The notes under the pieces were generated by a model, which saw only the letters and a list, made by a program, of their open reading frames with translations, was not told the origin of the DNA and searched no databases. This document shows, piece by piece, positions 7,165-16,453 of a stretch of DNA of 64,000 nucleotides. Origin of the DNA: a virus; IMG/VR virus record IMGVR_UViG_3300017971_000280, positions 7,275 through 71,274 of that record. One strand, given 5' to 3'. Numbering within the stretch: the first letter of the stretch is position 1; each line of letters starts with the position of its first letter. A program made the translations under genes and the position numbers.

Positions 7165-7433
7165 TGGATTGTTATTTGAAGAAAGAATTACCAGAAGAGC
7201 ACGCAAGTATGCGAGACCCTAGATACGAAAATATTGTGTTCATGTGTCCAGTTTTTGAGCGTCAAATTTGTATGTGGTGTTGTCTCCATGTTCGTGATGT
7301 TTCAAACCCATTAAGTAGAAACTACGCTACTGACCACCACCCAACTTATGCTGTTAAAGCACCAGAAATTTCTGGAAGAAATCTTGATAGTATTTGGGAA
7401 ACTTGTGCTCGTTGTCATAACGTACAGGCTTGA
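7164..7433 (+). CDS. Cys-rich hypothetical protein
   Basis: CP..CxxC..CxxC; GGAGAGG SD. Confidence 0.65.
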   Translation: MDCYLKKELPEEHASMRDPRYENIVFMCPVFERQICMWCCLHVRDVSNPLSRNYATDHHPTYAVKAPEISGRNLDSIWETCARCHNVQA

Positions 7434-7458
7434 CAACTAAGGGTTTGTATGGTATAAT
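7430..7458 (+). promoter_or_regulatory. sigma70-type promoter, class B: TTGACA-17-TATAAT, extended -10
   Basis: Perfect consensus, upstream of the clpP-dut-nrdJ block. Confidence 0.85.
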
Positions 7459-7654
7459 GGAAGTAGACAGGTTAAAAAGACAAACCAAAGAACTGAGAGA
7501 GAAAACTGCTGAACTTTCGTCTCCTGGGTTCTCTTATTATGAACAGGAGCTTATTAGGAGAGTTATAAAAGCTGTTCTTCCTCAGATGACCGACAATACC
7601 GATATTAGTACAGCAAAAGAAATTCTTAAAAGGACGGAATGGTTGGATGGATGA
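7457..7654 (+). CDS. Hypothetical protein (start uncertain)
   Basis: ORF track; the ATG overlaps the promoter -10. Confidence 0.5.
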   Translation: MEVDRLKRQTKELREKTAELSSPGFSYYEQELIRRVIKAVLPQMTDNTDISTAKEILKRTEWLDG

Positions 7655-8225
7655 AGAGCTTTTAGTTGTAACAGAATTTGAGCGTAGAAAATTAAGAGAG
7701 AATAGAGTAGTAGTGGTTAGTGGGGATATTGATTCTGGTGGTGCTCATGAGTTTATAAACGATATTCATGTGTTACTGCAAGAAGAATCAAAAGAACCGA
7801 TTACAGTTATTATAGCATCACCTGGTGGAGAAGCGTTTTCAGGATTTGCAATGGTGAGAGCTATAAAATTGGCACAAAAGCAAGGAATCAGGGTTATTGG
7901 TAATGTTCATGGTTACGCATGTTCTATGGCTTTCTTCCTATTACAAGTCTGTGATGAGAGAATCATGGGTAAGTTAGATGTTTTGATGGCTCATGGTATT
8001 ACTACTGGTTTTACTGGCGACATGAAGAATATTGAGGCAGAGACAAAGTTACTAACATACTGGCACACCGAGTGGGCGGAGTTGGTTGCTAAGAGATGTG
8101 TTGGTGATTACACAGAATCAGGTTTCTGGTTTGAAATATTCAGAGACAACACTCCTCAGTGGTATACTGCTGGAGAATGTAAAGAAATGGGGTTAATTGA
8201 TAAGATTGATGACTCAGACAATTAA
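7647..8225 (+). CDS. clpP: ClpP-family (S14) serine peptidase, stand-alone
   Basis: IASPGGE, GYACSMA (catalytic Ser), LMAHG (His), WYTAGEC.EMGLIDKI. Confidence 0.85.
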   Translation: MDEELLVVTEFERRKLRENRVVVVSGDIDSGGAHEFINDIHVLLQEESKEPITVIIASPGGEAFSGFAMVRAIKLAQKQGIRVIGNVHGYACSMAFFLLQVCDERIMGKLDVLMAHGITTGFTGDMKNIEAETKLLTYWHTEWAELVAKRCVGDYTESGFWFEIFRDNTPQWYTAGECKEMGLIDKIDDSDN

Positions 8226-8643
8226 AATTAAGAAAATTCACCCAAAAGCAATTGTACCAAAGATAGCCACGAAGGACTCAGCTTGTTTTGACTTGTATTC
8301 TTGTGAGGAGTTTGTTCTTTATAATGGTTACTTCCATATGACAAAAACTGGAATAATTATGGAAATACCTCAAGGATTTCATGTGGAGGTTTACAGTAGA
8401 AGCGGCATGGCAAAGAAAGGTATCATCATACCTAACGCACCTGGAATTGTTGATTCTGATTACAGGGGTGAAGCTATGGTGATGTTATATGGACTTTTTA
8501 TGAAGAAGCATGAACTGTTCCAAGTGGGGAGTAGAGTTGCTCAATGTAGGCTTGTTAAGAATGTTGATACACACTTTCAAGTGGTCAGCAAACTTTCAGA
8601 GACTAAGCGTGGTTCTGGTGGATTCGGTTCTACTGGAAAATAG
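8209..8643 (+). CDS. dut: Trimeric dUTPase
   Basis: ACFDL, SRSG, GIVDSDYRGE, RVAQ, RGSGGFGSTG motifs. Confidence 0.95.
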   Translation: MTQTIKIKKIHPKAIVPKIATKDSACFDLYSCEEFVLYNGYFHMTKTGIIMEIPQGFHVEVYSRSGMAKKGIIIPNAPGIVDSDYRGEAMVMLYGLFMKKHELFQVGSRVAQCRLVKNVDTHFQVVSKLSETKRGSGGFGSTGK

Positions 8644-8652
8644 GAGAGGATT

Positions 8653-9129
8653 ATGGGAAAACAATATGAAGTCTATCTGGCGGGAAGGATAGCTAATCTT
8701 AGTTATGATGAAGCTATGGCAGACCGAGATGAGATGATTAACAAATTAAATAAAGTGGGGATTAAATGTCGGACTCCAATGCGGGGTAAACAACACCTTG
8801 TAGGTACTAAGAAGATTACTGGTGATGCGTTTAAGAATGGTTTATCAATACAAGAGGTAATCCAACGAGATTTGAGTGACCTTCGTGAAGTTGACGCAAT
8901 AGTTATCCTTACTGGTGATGATGCTAGTTGGGGAACTGCTGGTGAGTTCTACTATTGTACGTGGATTACCAATAAACCATCGGTAGTTATTGCAAAGAAT
9001 CATGTCGGTGGTTGGGTTGAGCATTATGCCACTAGGATTGTTCCCGACTTTGACGAAGCAGTAAAAGTACTGAAGCATTGGAAGAAATATTGGAATAGTA
9101 AAGGTTCGGGAATATACGATACGAGGTAG
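8653..9129 (+). CDS. Nucleoside 2-deoxyribosyltransferase-like protein
   Basis: VYLAG...RDLSDL.EVDAIV...SWGTAGE. Confidence 0.7.
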   Translation: MGKQYEVYLAGRIANLSYDEAMADRDEMINKLNKVGIKCRTPMRGKQHLVGTKKITGDAFKNGLSIQEVIQRDLSDLREVDAIVILTGDDASWGTAGEFYYCTWITNKPSVVIAKNHVGGWVEHYATRIVPDFDEAVKVLKHWKKYWNSKGSGIYDTR

Positions 9130-9137
9130 AAAAGCAA

Positions 9138-9449
9138 ATGGAAAATAGATTTGGATGGGGTTCAACTCCCCTGTTACACATATTAAGTGATACTGCTATT
9201 GACGCTCCAGGAACGGGCAAGAGAATATGGATTACTGATTTGTTTATAGAGTGTGCTGTTAATACTACTCTAGCTCTTAAAGAACCCGATGGTGGTGAAT
9301 TTATAACACCAGCAATTAATAAAATAGACCACACGTTTGATGCACCAATAAAGATAGCTGAGAACAAAGGTGTTGATATTAACAAAACTGGTGCTGGACT
9401 GGCTGTTATTATGATTGGTTATTACATTGAGGGGGCAGACCATAATTGA
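9138..9449 (+). CDS. Hypothetical protein
   Basis: ORF track; GAGG SD. Confidence 0.6.
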   Translation: MENRFGWGSTPLLHILSDTAIDAPGTGKRIWITDLFIECAVNTTLALKEPDGGEFITPAINKIDHTFDAPIKIAENKGVDINKTGAGLAVIMIGYYIEGADHN

Positions 9450-9450
9450 A

Positions 9451-11496
9451 ATGAGGGTAATTAAGAGAGATGGTAGGATTGTTAAATTCAATCCTGATAA
9501 GATAGTACTTGCCGTATCAAAAGCGATGAAGTCTATTAGTAAGATAGATGACGAAATTGCACAAAGTGTTGCAAACACCGTTACTGATAGCTTAAATGGC
9601 AATAAAGAAATATCTGTAGAAGAAATTCAGGACAAAGTTGAAGATGCCCTTATTAAATTAGGTGATGCCCAACTAGCTAAGACTTACATCTTATATAGAG
9701 CAAAGAGGGCAGAAGTTCGTGGTTTTAGAGAAGCCATAGGTATTGAAGAGGACACACTTAAATTAGGAGTCAATGCTCTAGCTCTATTAGATAAGAGATA
9801 CTTGAAAAGTTTCGATGGGAAGAAGGAATCACCATCACAAATGTTCCGTAGAGTAGCTAATCATGTAGCATCAGTAGAAAAAACTTTTGGTGGTAGCCCC
9901 GATTATTGGAGTAAAACTTTTTATAATCTAATGGCTAACCAAATATTTTTGCCGAATACACCGTGTCTAGCTAATTCTGGCAATCCAGACTTGAACTACC
10001 TGTTTGCTTGTTATGCGTTTGAAGTAGGTGACTCGATGGAAGAGATACTACAGACGGCGAAGGATTGTGGAATGGTTCAGAAGACAGGTGGTGGAGTTGG
10101 TTTAAACATATCAAAACTAAGACCCGCTGGTGACAAGGTAAAGACTACTGAAGGTGTTGCTAGTGGACCTATTGACTTTATGCGAATTTATGATACGGTG
10201 AGTGATGTTATCAAGCAAGGTGGTATTAGACGTGGTGGTAATTTGGGGTTACTACTAATCAATCACCCTGACATAATTGATTTTATAAAATGTAAGAATG
10301 ATGAAACCAGATTAAATAATTTTAATATTTCAGTCGCTATCACTGACGAGTTTATGCGTTGTGTAAAGAATGATAGCGATTTTCCTTTAATAAACCCCAA
10401 GAGTGGGGAAGTGGTTCAAAATGTTAATTCTAGGCATCTGTTTAGGTTTATCGCTGAATCTGCTTGGAGAAACGGAGAGCCTGGATTTGTATTTTGGGAC
10501 AAAATTGAACAAGACAACCCAACCCCAAAGCAAGGACACCTTATAAAGAACTTGTGCGGAGAGCAGGACTTACTACCATATGAGGCATGCGTTCTAGGTT
10601 CTATTAACCTAGTAAAGTTTGTTGAGGATGGTCAAATTGTATATAACTCACTGAGAAAGGTTGTTCATCACGCTGTCAGATTTCTTGATGATGTTATAAA
10701 TGCTTCAGATTATCCTCTGGTAACCATTCGTGATAAGGTCTTACAAAACAGAAAGATAGGTTTAGGTGTGATGGGATTCGCTAATTTGCTACTGGTACTT
10801 GGTGTTCCATACGATTCTGAAGAAGCTGAAAAGATAGCAGAGGAGGTGATGGACTTTGTTAATGTAGAAGCGAGAAAAGCTTCTGCACGTTTGGCTGAGG
10901 ATCGTGGTGACTTCCCAGGTATCGAAGATTCTATCATTTCATCACCGCAGAGAAATGCTACTATGACTACTATTGCTCCAACGGGAAGCATAAGCATTAT
11001 TGCAGAGACATCTAGTGGTATTGAACCTATTTTTGCTGTGGTTTATCAGAAGACTAACATTTTGGAGAATAACACATTTTTTGAGGTTAACCCTATTTTT
11101 GAAAGGGTTGGTAGACAAGAGGGGTGGTACTCTCAAGCATTGGTCAATAAGATTATCAGGAATGGTGGTAAGGTGTCAGGTATTCCCGAAGTACCAGAAA
11201 AATGGCAGAAAGTTTTCAGGACAGCGTTGGAGGTTTCTCCTGAGTGGCATGTTAGGATGCAAGCCGCATTTCAACGCCATGTCAATAACTCTATATCAAA
11301 GACTATAAATCTACCACACAATGCTACAATTGATGATGTCGAGCGAGTTATTAAGCTCGCATATGACATGAACCTCAAAGGGCTTACGGTGTTCCGTAAC
11401 CAAAGTAGGACTAAGCAAGTTCTCGAAACACTCTGTGTTGAGTGTGAAGATGATGTTTGTCCTATTCCTCAAGAATTAGTTTCTGAGCTAGAATAG
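9451..11496 (+). CDS. nrdJ: Class II (adenosylcobalamin-dependent) ribonucleotide reductase with N-terminal ATP cone
   Basis: VIKRDG ATP cone, PNTP, FAC, GGGVG, NLCGEQ, RKIGLG, TIAPTGSIS, C-terminal Cys cluster; no small subunit gene nearby. Confidence 0.9.
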   Translation: MRVIKRDGRIVKFNPDKIVLAVSKAMKSISKIDDEIAQSVANTVTDSLNGNKEISVEEIQDKVEDALIKLGDAQLAKTYILYRAKRAEVRGFREAIGIEEDTLKLGVNALALLDKRYLKSFDGKKESPSQMFRRVANHVASVEKTFGGSPDYWSKTFYNLMANQIFLPNTPCLANSGNPDLNYLFACYAFEVGDSMEEILQTAKDCGMVQKTGGGVGLNISKLRPAGDKVKTTEGVASGPIDFMRIYDTVSDVIKQGGIRRGGNLGLLLINHPDIIDFIKCKNDETRLNNFNISVAITDEFMRCVKNDSDFPLINPKSGEVVQNVNSRHLFRFIAESAWRNGEPGFVFWDKIEQDNPTPKQGHLIKNLCGEQDLLPYEACVLGSINLVKFVEDGQIVYNSLRKVVHHAVRFLDDVINASDYPLVTIRDKVLQNRKIGLGVMGFANLLLVLGVPYDSEEAEKIAEEVMDFVNVEARKASARLAEDRGDFPGIEDSIISSPQRNATMTTIAPTGSISIIAETSSGIEPIFAVVYQKTNILENNTFFEVNPIFERVGRQEGWYSQALVNKIIRNGGKVSGIPEVPEKWQKVFRTALEVSPEWHVRMQAAFQRHVNNSISKTINLPHNATIDDVERVIKLAYDMNLKGLTVFRNQSRTKQVLETLCVECEDDVCPIPQELVSELE

Positions 11497-11513
11497 CAAT
11501 AAAAGAAACGTTC

Positions 11514-11576
11514 TTTACTGTGTAACTTATACCTGTGTATGATGTTAGAAAATAGCTTAGAAATGGCAAAAATGCC
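11514..11576 (+). promoter_or_regulatory. Possible promoter (TTTACT-18-TATGAT) followed by a GGCAAAAATGCC palindrome
   Basis: Same GGCA-N4-TGCC palindrome as in the early arrays, at 11565-11576, ahead of the packaging genes. Confidence 0.45.
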
Positions 11577-11614
11577 ACTGGTCTTCGGGAAACCAATTAT
11601 ATTTGGTGTACTGT

Positions 11615-11899
11615 ATGATCTATAAATGTGCGATATGCGAAACTAGAATTTATCGTCCCATGCGTTATTTTTGTTGGAGTTGCTATAAACAATTTAGAGA
11701 TGACATTCGTGAGAAGAAAGAATGGACTAAATTTATGGTTAGCGAGGAATCGAAAAGACGGAGACGGGAGATTAATGCCCCCACGTTTGTTTACTTGGGG
11801 AATAAATGGGATATTGATATGGAAGGTAATCTAATTCGCAAGGACGGTTATCGTTATGGGCAGGAAAAGAAAAGGTCAAGAAGTTCAAGAGAAAATTGA
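11615..11899 (+). CDS. Zinc-finger hypothetical protein
   Basis: CAIC...CWSC. Confidence 0.6.
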   Translation: MIYKCAICETRIYRPMRYFCWSCYKQFRDDIREKKEWTKFMVSEESKRRRREINAPTFVYLGNKWDIDMEGNLIRKDGYRYGQEKKRSRSSREN

Positions 11900-12413
11900 A
11901 CGGTACTTAGAAGAATACGAGCTTGATGAACTTAATCAAGCTAACGATATGGCGGCTCTAACTCAAATGTGCCAAATAGAGGTTAATATAGAGCAGATTC
12001 AAAAAGCCCTTAGTGATATAAAAGACCCGCTAGAAGAATCAAAAAAGATTAGGGAACTTCAAAGCTCTTTACGTGATGCTAACCAGAGTTGGGTATCTTT
12101 GCAGACTGAATTAGGTATTAACAGAAAAAAGAGGCAGAGCGAGAGCGAGGAAAGTCCATTACAGTATATTGAAAGACTTCAAGACCTTGGTAAAAAATTT
12201 ATAAATGTTAGACTGAAGAAGCTAGTGTGTCCGAAATGTGGACAAGTTTTGGGTAAGTATTTTTTCTATGTGACTGATAAAGGTGAAAAAGGGTCAATAG
12301 AGAGTGAAACTAAACCAATCGAACCATATAAATATACCGTTCGTCACGAATGCTGGAAGTGTGGAGAGATGGCTGAAGAGTCTAATGAAGATTTCGTGGT
12401 TGTTCAAAGATGA
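11856..12413 (+). CDS. Probable terminase small subunit with C-terminal zinc ribbon
   Basis: Directly precedes terL; helical region ending LGINRKKR; CPKC..CWKC. Confidence 0.55.
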   Translation: MGRKRKGQEVQEKIERYLEEYELDELNQANDMAALTQMCQIEVNIEQIQKALSDIKDPLEESKKIRELQSSLRDANQSWVSLQTELGINRKKRQSESEESPLQYIERLQDLGKKFINVRLKKLVCPKCGQVLGKYFFYVTDKGEKGSIESETKPIEPYKYTVRHECWKCGEMAEESNEDFVVVQR

Positions 12414-14002
12414 AGGAAAAAGTAACACTTAGCGAGGGAGACCTAGCTGTATTAGAGATAATGGAAGACCCTGTTCTATTTAGTGAGTTCATCAGAACCA
12501 CTGATGAGGAGATAGACCAAGGTATGGGTTGGCATTATGACAACTACCAACGAAAAATGTTGATTGATAGCTCTAATTACATTAGTATAGCCACTGGTCG
12601 TACTACTGGTAAAACTGCCAGCATGGAGACCAAAATTGTTCATACTGCTGTTTCAAATATGTACAAGAAAGCTAGTGCTAATGAGATATTATTGGTAGTT
12701 CAGAACAAATCACAGCTAGAACCAGTGTTTTTGCGTCTTATTAACTTTTTCAGACGACATCATTTATTAAAACACTTTGTTGATAGATTTGGTGTTAACA
12801 TGTCAAGTCATGAGATAAGACTTTTGAATGGTGCTTTGATAAGGTGCAGAATTGTTGGTTCTACGGCAGATAGCAATGTTATTGGTCTTCACGTTCCATG
12901 TATATATGTTGATGAGGGTCAGGTGTTCAACTATACGGCATGGAATTCTCTAATGCAGTGTTTGACCACGTGGGATGAAGGGTTTAACTTGTGGGTTAGC
13001 GGTGTTCCGAATGGTCTTCGTGAGAAGAACGTTTTATTCGAATGTGACCAATTAGATGAAAAATTCTCACGTCATAACGTGTCAAGATTAAGTAGTGTTA
13101 GATACACGAAGGAACAGCACGCTTTTGACCTTAAACAGTATGGTGGAGAAAACGGTGATGACTACGTTCACTTAGTTCTTGGCGAACATGGCTCACCAGC
13201 TTTCTCAGTGTTTGATAGAAAATTGATGCTGATAGAGGATTATCCTGTAACGGTGTCTATTTTAAATAATGTCTCCTTAGAACAACACGGTGGACAGTAC
13301 AACGAACTTCTAAGAGCACCAGACCTGTCTGCTGATATACAGAAGAAGCACGATTTGATAATAGCTGGAATAGATGCTGGTTTTTCTAATGACCCCACTA
13401 TCATTACTATTTTGTGGAGAGATAGGGAATCTTTAGTATGGAGAGAATTTGTTCGGTTTGAATTGAGGAGAATTAAGTATCCAATACAAGCTAAGATAAT
13501 TGACTGGTTGGATACAATCTATAGATTCAATATGATAACTATTGATGCTGGACACTCTGGTTTAGCATTATGTCAAATTCTACAGGATGACACTGGAGAG
13601 TTTAAGGGTAAGAATTTTATTAAGAGATTAATTCCAGTTGACTTCCAAGCAAATGTTGTAACTGGATATGATGAAGATGAGAAAGAGATAAAAGATAGGG
13701 TAAGGAAGTTTACAATCCAGACATTACAGAAGTGGAGTCAAAACGACCAAATCATTGCTTTTAGTTCACAGGATGATGATGTTATTTCAGAACTTGAGAG
13801 AGTTGGGTTCACTAGAGACATGCTTGGTCAACCTAAGTTCTTTGTATATTCACCACAAGGTGGACAGAAAGGTGAAGACCACTTATTAGCTTCACTGCTA
13901 ACGTGGGTGTATGGATATTATTATAAGTATTACTCTCCTGAAAAACCAAATAGTAAGGGTAAATATAGTGATTTAGCCAAGGGTGGTTGGTTTGTTCGGT
14001 AG
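12410..14002 (+). CDS. terL: Terminase large subunit
   Basis: Walker A GRTTGKT, Walker B IYVDEGQ, SGVP coupling motif, nuclease AGIDAG and EDH. Confidence 0.88.
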   Translation: MKEKVTLSEGDLAVLEIMEDPVLFSEFIRTTDEEIDQGMGWHYDNYQRKMLIDSSNYISIATGRTTGKTASMETKIVHTAVSNMYKKASANEILLVVQNKSQLEPVFLRLINFFRRHHLLKHFVDRFGVNMSSHEIRLLNGALIRCRIVGSTADSNVIGLHVPCIYVDEGQVFNYTAWNSLMQCLTTWDEGFNLWVSGVPNGLREKNVLFECDQLDEKFSRHNVSRLSSVRYTKEQHAFDLKQYGGENGDDYVHLVLGEHGSPAFSVFDRKLMLIEDYPVTVSILNNVSLEQHGGQYNELLRAPDLSADIQKKHDLIIAGIDAGFSNDPTIITILWRDRESLVWREFVRFELRRIKYPIQAKIIDWLDTIYRFNMITIDAGHSGLALCQILQDDTGEFKGKNFIKRLIPVDFQANVVTGYDEDEKEIKDRVRKFTIQTLQKWSQNDQIIAFSSQDDDVISELERVGFTRDMLGQPKFFVYSPQGGQKGEDHLLASLLTWVYGYYYKYYSPEKPNSKGKYSDLAKGGWFVR

Positions 14003-14016
14003 AGTGGAGTTTTACA

Positions 14017-15528
14017 ATGGCAAAGAAGGATGAAGAAAAAACAACTAAAGTAGCTACTGGAGAGCTAAGTCCAGGTAAACTGGTTAAAGCGGCAGTTAAT
14101 GTTTTGACAGACCCAACTCAGACTGGCTTGTTGTTCACTGAAGAAGTGGACAAAATGGAGATACCTAAGCAGTATCACAAGTTGATAAAAACATGTAGGT
14201 TCTTTTACAAGCGTGACCCGATTGCTGGTACTGTTTTGAACAAGATGGTGGATTGTGCCATTACTCCTCTATCAAACAGGAAGTCGGAGTGTACTGATGA
14301 GGAGTACGAAGTATATAACGCCCTAACTGAGATGCTTCAGGAGTTCTTCAGAAATGTGTGTCTAGAATATTTGCTTTCTGGTTTGGTTATTCCTCATTAC
14401 GAGTGGGTAAGAATGAGAGGTAGTGACCTTTCTCAGAAGTTGAATTCTAGACGTAGGGTGACTGTTCCTGATAATATTTGGTTCAGAGACCCCGCAACGG
14501 TGACCGTCAAAAATTCAGTTATTCCGAATAAGAAATATTACTATGTTGATGTTGACGCAAGGACTATATCCTTTATCAAGAATAAGGGTAAATATCCTGA
14601 CGGTACGGTTGACAAGGAAACGTATGAGGAATTGTTAAGAAATTACCCCGCATTTGTAAAGGCAATTCAAGAACTAAAAGGTACTAAGATGCAGATTAAA
14701 CTGGAGGATATTAGACCGATTCTTGCGAAAACACTTCCAGAGGACGCATATCCAATACCTTACATGGAAAATGCTTTGGAGTCACTAATTCATAAGAGAA
14801 ATCTTAGGAAAATGGACTATGCGATTGCGTCTAGGGTGGTTTCATCTATCCAATTGATTAAGTTGGGTAGCGATGAGTTCCCATGTACTGATGAGGCTGA
14901 TTTTGACCATATAAAGAATCAGATGAACTATAGAACTTCTACAGGGTATCAAGAGCGTGTTTATCAATTGTTTGCAAACCATACTCTTAATATTGAGTGG
15001 GTATTTCCTGATACACAAGCAATGATTAACACTGAGAAATATCGTGCTGTAGAAGATGATATAATTGCGGCATTCGGATTTCCTAGAACATTGATTACTG
15101 GTGAAACTTTAAGGTCTAATGTTCAAGGTGGTTCTGATTTTGCGGCATTTTCTCCTATTGCTACTATGGAAACAATAAGAGACAGATTACTTGAGTGGAC
15201 TAAGGAATTATATAAGGAAATTAGAGATAAGAATGAGTATATCAAGAATTACCCTATGCCTCAGTTCACACCTATGAGACTTTACAGACTACTTGACCTT
15301 AATATTATTGGTCAATCTCTATACATGGAGGGTAATATTTCAAGGAAATCAAGACAGGAACTTGTTGGTCTTGACTTTGATACTGAAATTGAGAGAAAAG
15401 CCGAGGAAGAGAAGAGGATGAAGGAATTAGGTATACCAGAAGCACCCGAACTACCGTTCTCTTCACCGCAGATTGGTAATCCTAACCAAAGGAGAGGAAA
15501 TGAAAACAAGGATGAACCTACAGGATAA
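14017..15528 (+). CDS. Portal protein
   Basis: About 500 aa directly after terL; FFYKRDPIAGTV, LIKLGSDEFP, IIAAFGFP portal-like pattern. Confidence 0.75.
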   Translation: MAKKDEEKTTKVATGELSPGKLVKAAVNVLTDPTQTGLLFTEEVDKMEIPKQYHKLIKTCRFFYKRDPIAGTVLNKMVDCAITPLSNRKSECTDEEYEVYNALTEMLQEFFRNVCLEYLLSGLVIPHYEWVRMRGSDLSQKLNSRRRVTVPDNIWFRDPATVTVKNSVIPNKKYYYVDVDARTISFIKNKGKYPDGTVDKETYEELLRNYPAFVKAIQELKGTKMQIKLEDIRPILAKTLPEDAYPIPYMENALESLIHKRNLRKMDYAIASRVVSSIQLIKLGSDEFPCTDEADFDHIKNQMNYRTSTGYQERVYQLFANHTLNIEWVFPDTQAMINTEKYRAVEDDIIAAFGFPRTLITGETLRSNVQGGSDFAAFSPIATMETIRDRLLEWTKELYKEIRDKNEYIKNYPMPQFTPMRLYRLLDLNIIGQSLYMEGNISRKSRQELVGLDFDTEIERKAEEEKRMKELGIPEAPELPFSSPQIGNPNQRRGNENKDEPTG

Positions 15529-16453
15529 GAAAATTCTAGTCACTGGTGGTAAGGGTTTTTTGGGTCAATGGGTAATAAAAGAACTTATTGCTAATGGAGC
15601 AAAGGATATTACCATACCCGATTCTTCAAATTGTGACCTGAGAGACGAGAATAACTGCTATAGAGCTATGGTTGATGCAGATTTGTGCATCCACTTAGCG
15701 GCACGTGTTGGTGGTATTGGACTTAATAATGCCAAACCTGCCGACCTGTTCTTCGATAACATGAGTATGGGACTTAATATGATTCATCTCGCCAATATAC
15801 TAAAATTGGAGAAGATTCTTGTGGTCGGAACGATATGTGCCTATCCTAAGTTCACTCCCGTACCATTCAAAGAGGAAGACTTGTGGTGTGGTTATCCAGA
15901 AGAGACAAACGCACCTTACGGTATCGCAAAGAAATCATTATTAGTCTACCTGCAAGCTTGTCGTAAGCAGTATGGTCTTAATGGTATATTTTTACTACCA
16001 GTAAATCTATATGGACCTGGTGATGACTTTGACCCTGAAAGTTCTCATGTCATTCCTGCACTAATAAAGAAAGTGTACGATGCACGTGAAGCTAATGCAG
16101 ACCATATTGATGTATGGGGTACTGGCAAAGCCACTAGGGAATTTTTGTATGTTGAAGATTGTGCTGAAGGGATTGTTAAAGCCCTAATAAACTACGATAA
16201 ACCAGACCCAATCAATTTAGGTAAGGGTTTTGAAATATCCATAAAGGATTTAGTAGATAAAATAGTGTCATTGATGGAGTTCAAGGGTGAAGTTATTTGG
16301 GATACCTCTAAGCCAGATGGACAACCTAGAAGGATGTTAGACACAACAAAGGCAGAACAAGAGTTTGGATTTAAGGCAAAAACTTCATTCGATGAAGGAC
16401 TGTTAAAGACTATAAGGTGGTATGAGAGTGAAAAAAGAAGTAGTGCTATCTGA
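15500..16453 (+). CDS. fcl: GDP-L-fucose synthase (epimerase/reductase)
   Basis: VTGGKGFLG, HLAARVGGI, GTICAYPK, YGIAK, PVNLYGP, SHVIPAL, WGTG..REFL, KPDGQPRR. Confidence 0.93.
   Translation: MKTRMNLQDKKILVTGGKGFLGQWVIKELIANGAKDITIPDSSNCDLRDENNCYRAMVDADLCIHLAARVGGIGLNNAKPADLFFDNMSMGLNMIHLANILKLEKILVVGTICAYPKFTPVPFKEEDLWCGYPEETNAPYGIAKKSLLVYLQACRKQYGLNGIFLLPVNLYGPGDDFDPESSHVIPALIKKVYDAREANADHIDVWGTGKATREFLYVEDCAEGIVKALINYDKPDPINLGKGFEISIKDLVDKIVSLMEFKGEVIWDTSKPDGQPRRMLDTTKAEQEFGFKAKTSFDEGLLKTIRWYESEKRSSAI

Noticed and set aside
7647-8225. ClpP as the prohead protease
   Set aside because: It lies 20 kb from the head genes among metabolic genes, and a separate protease candidate sits at 27668; not fully excluded
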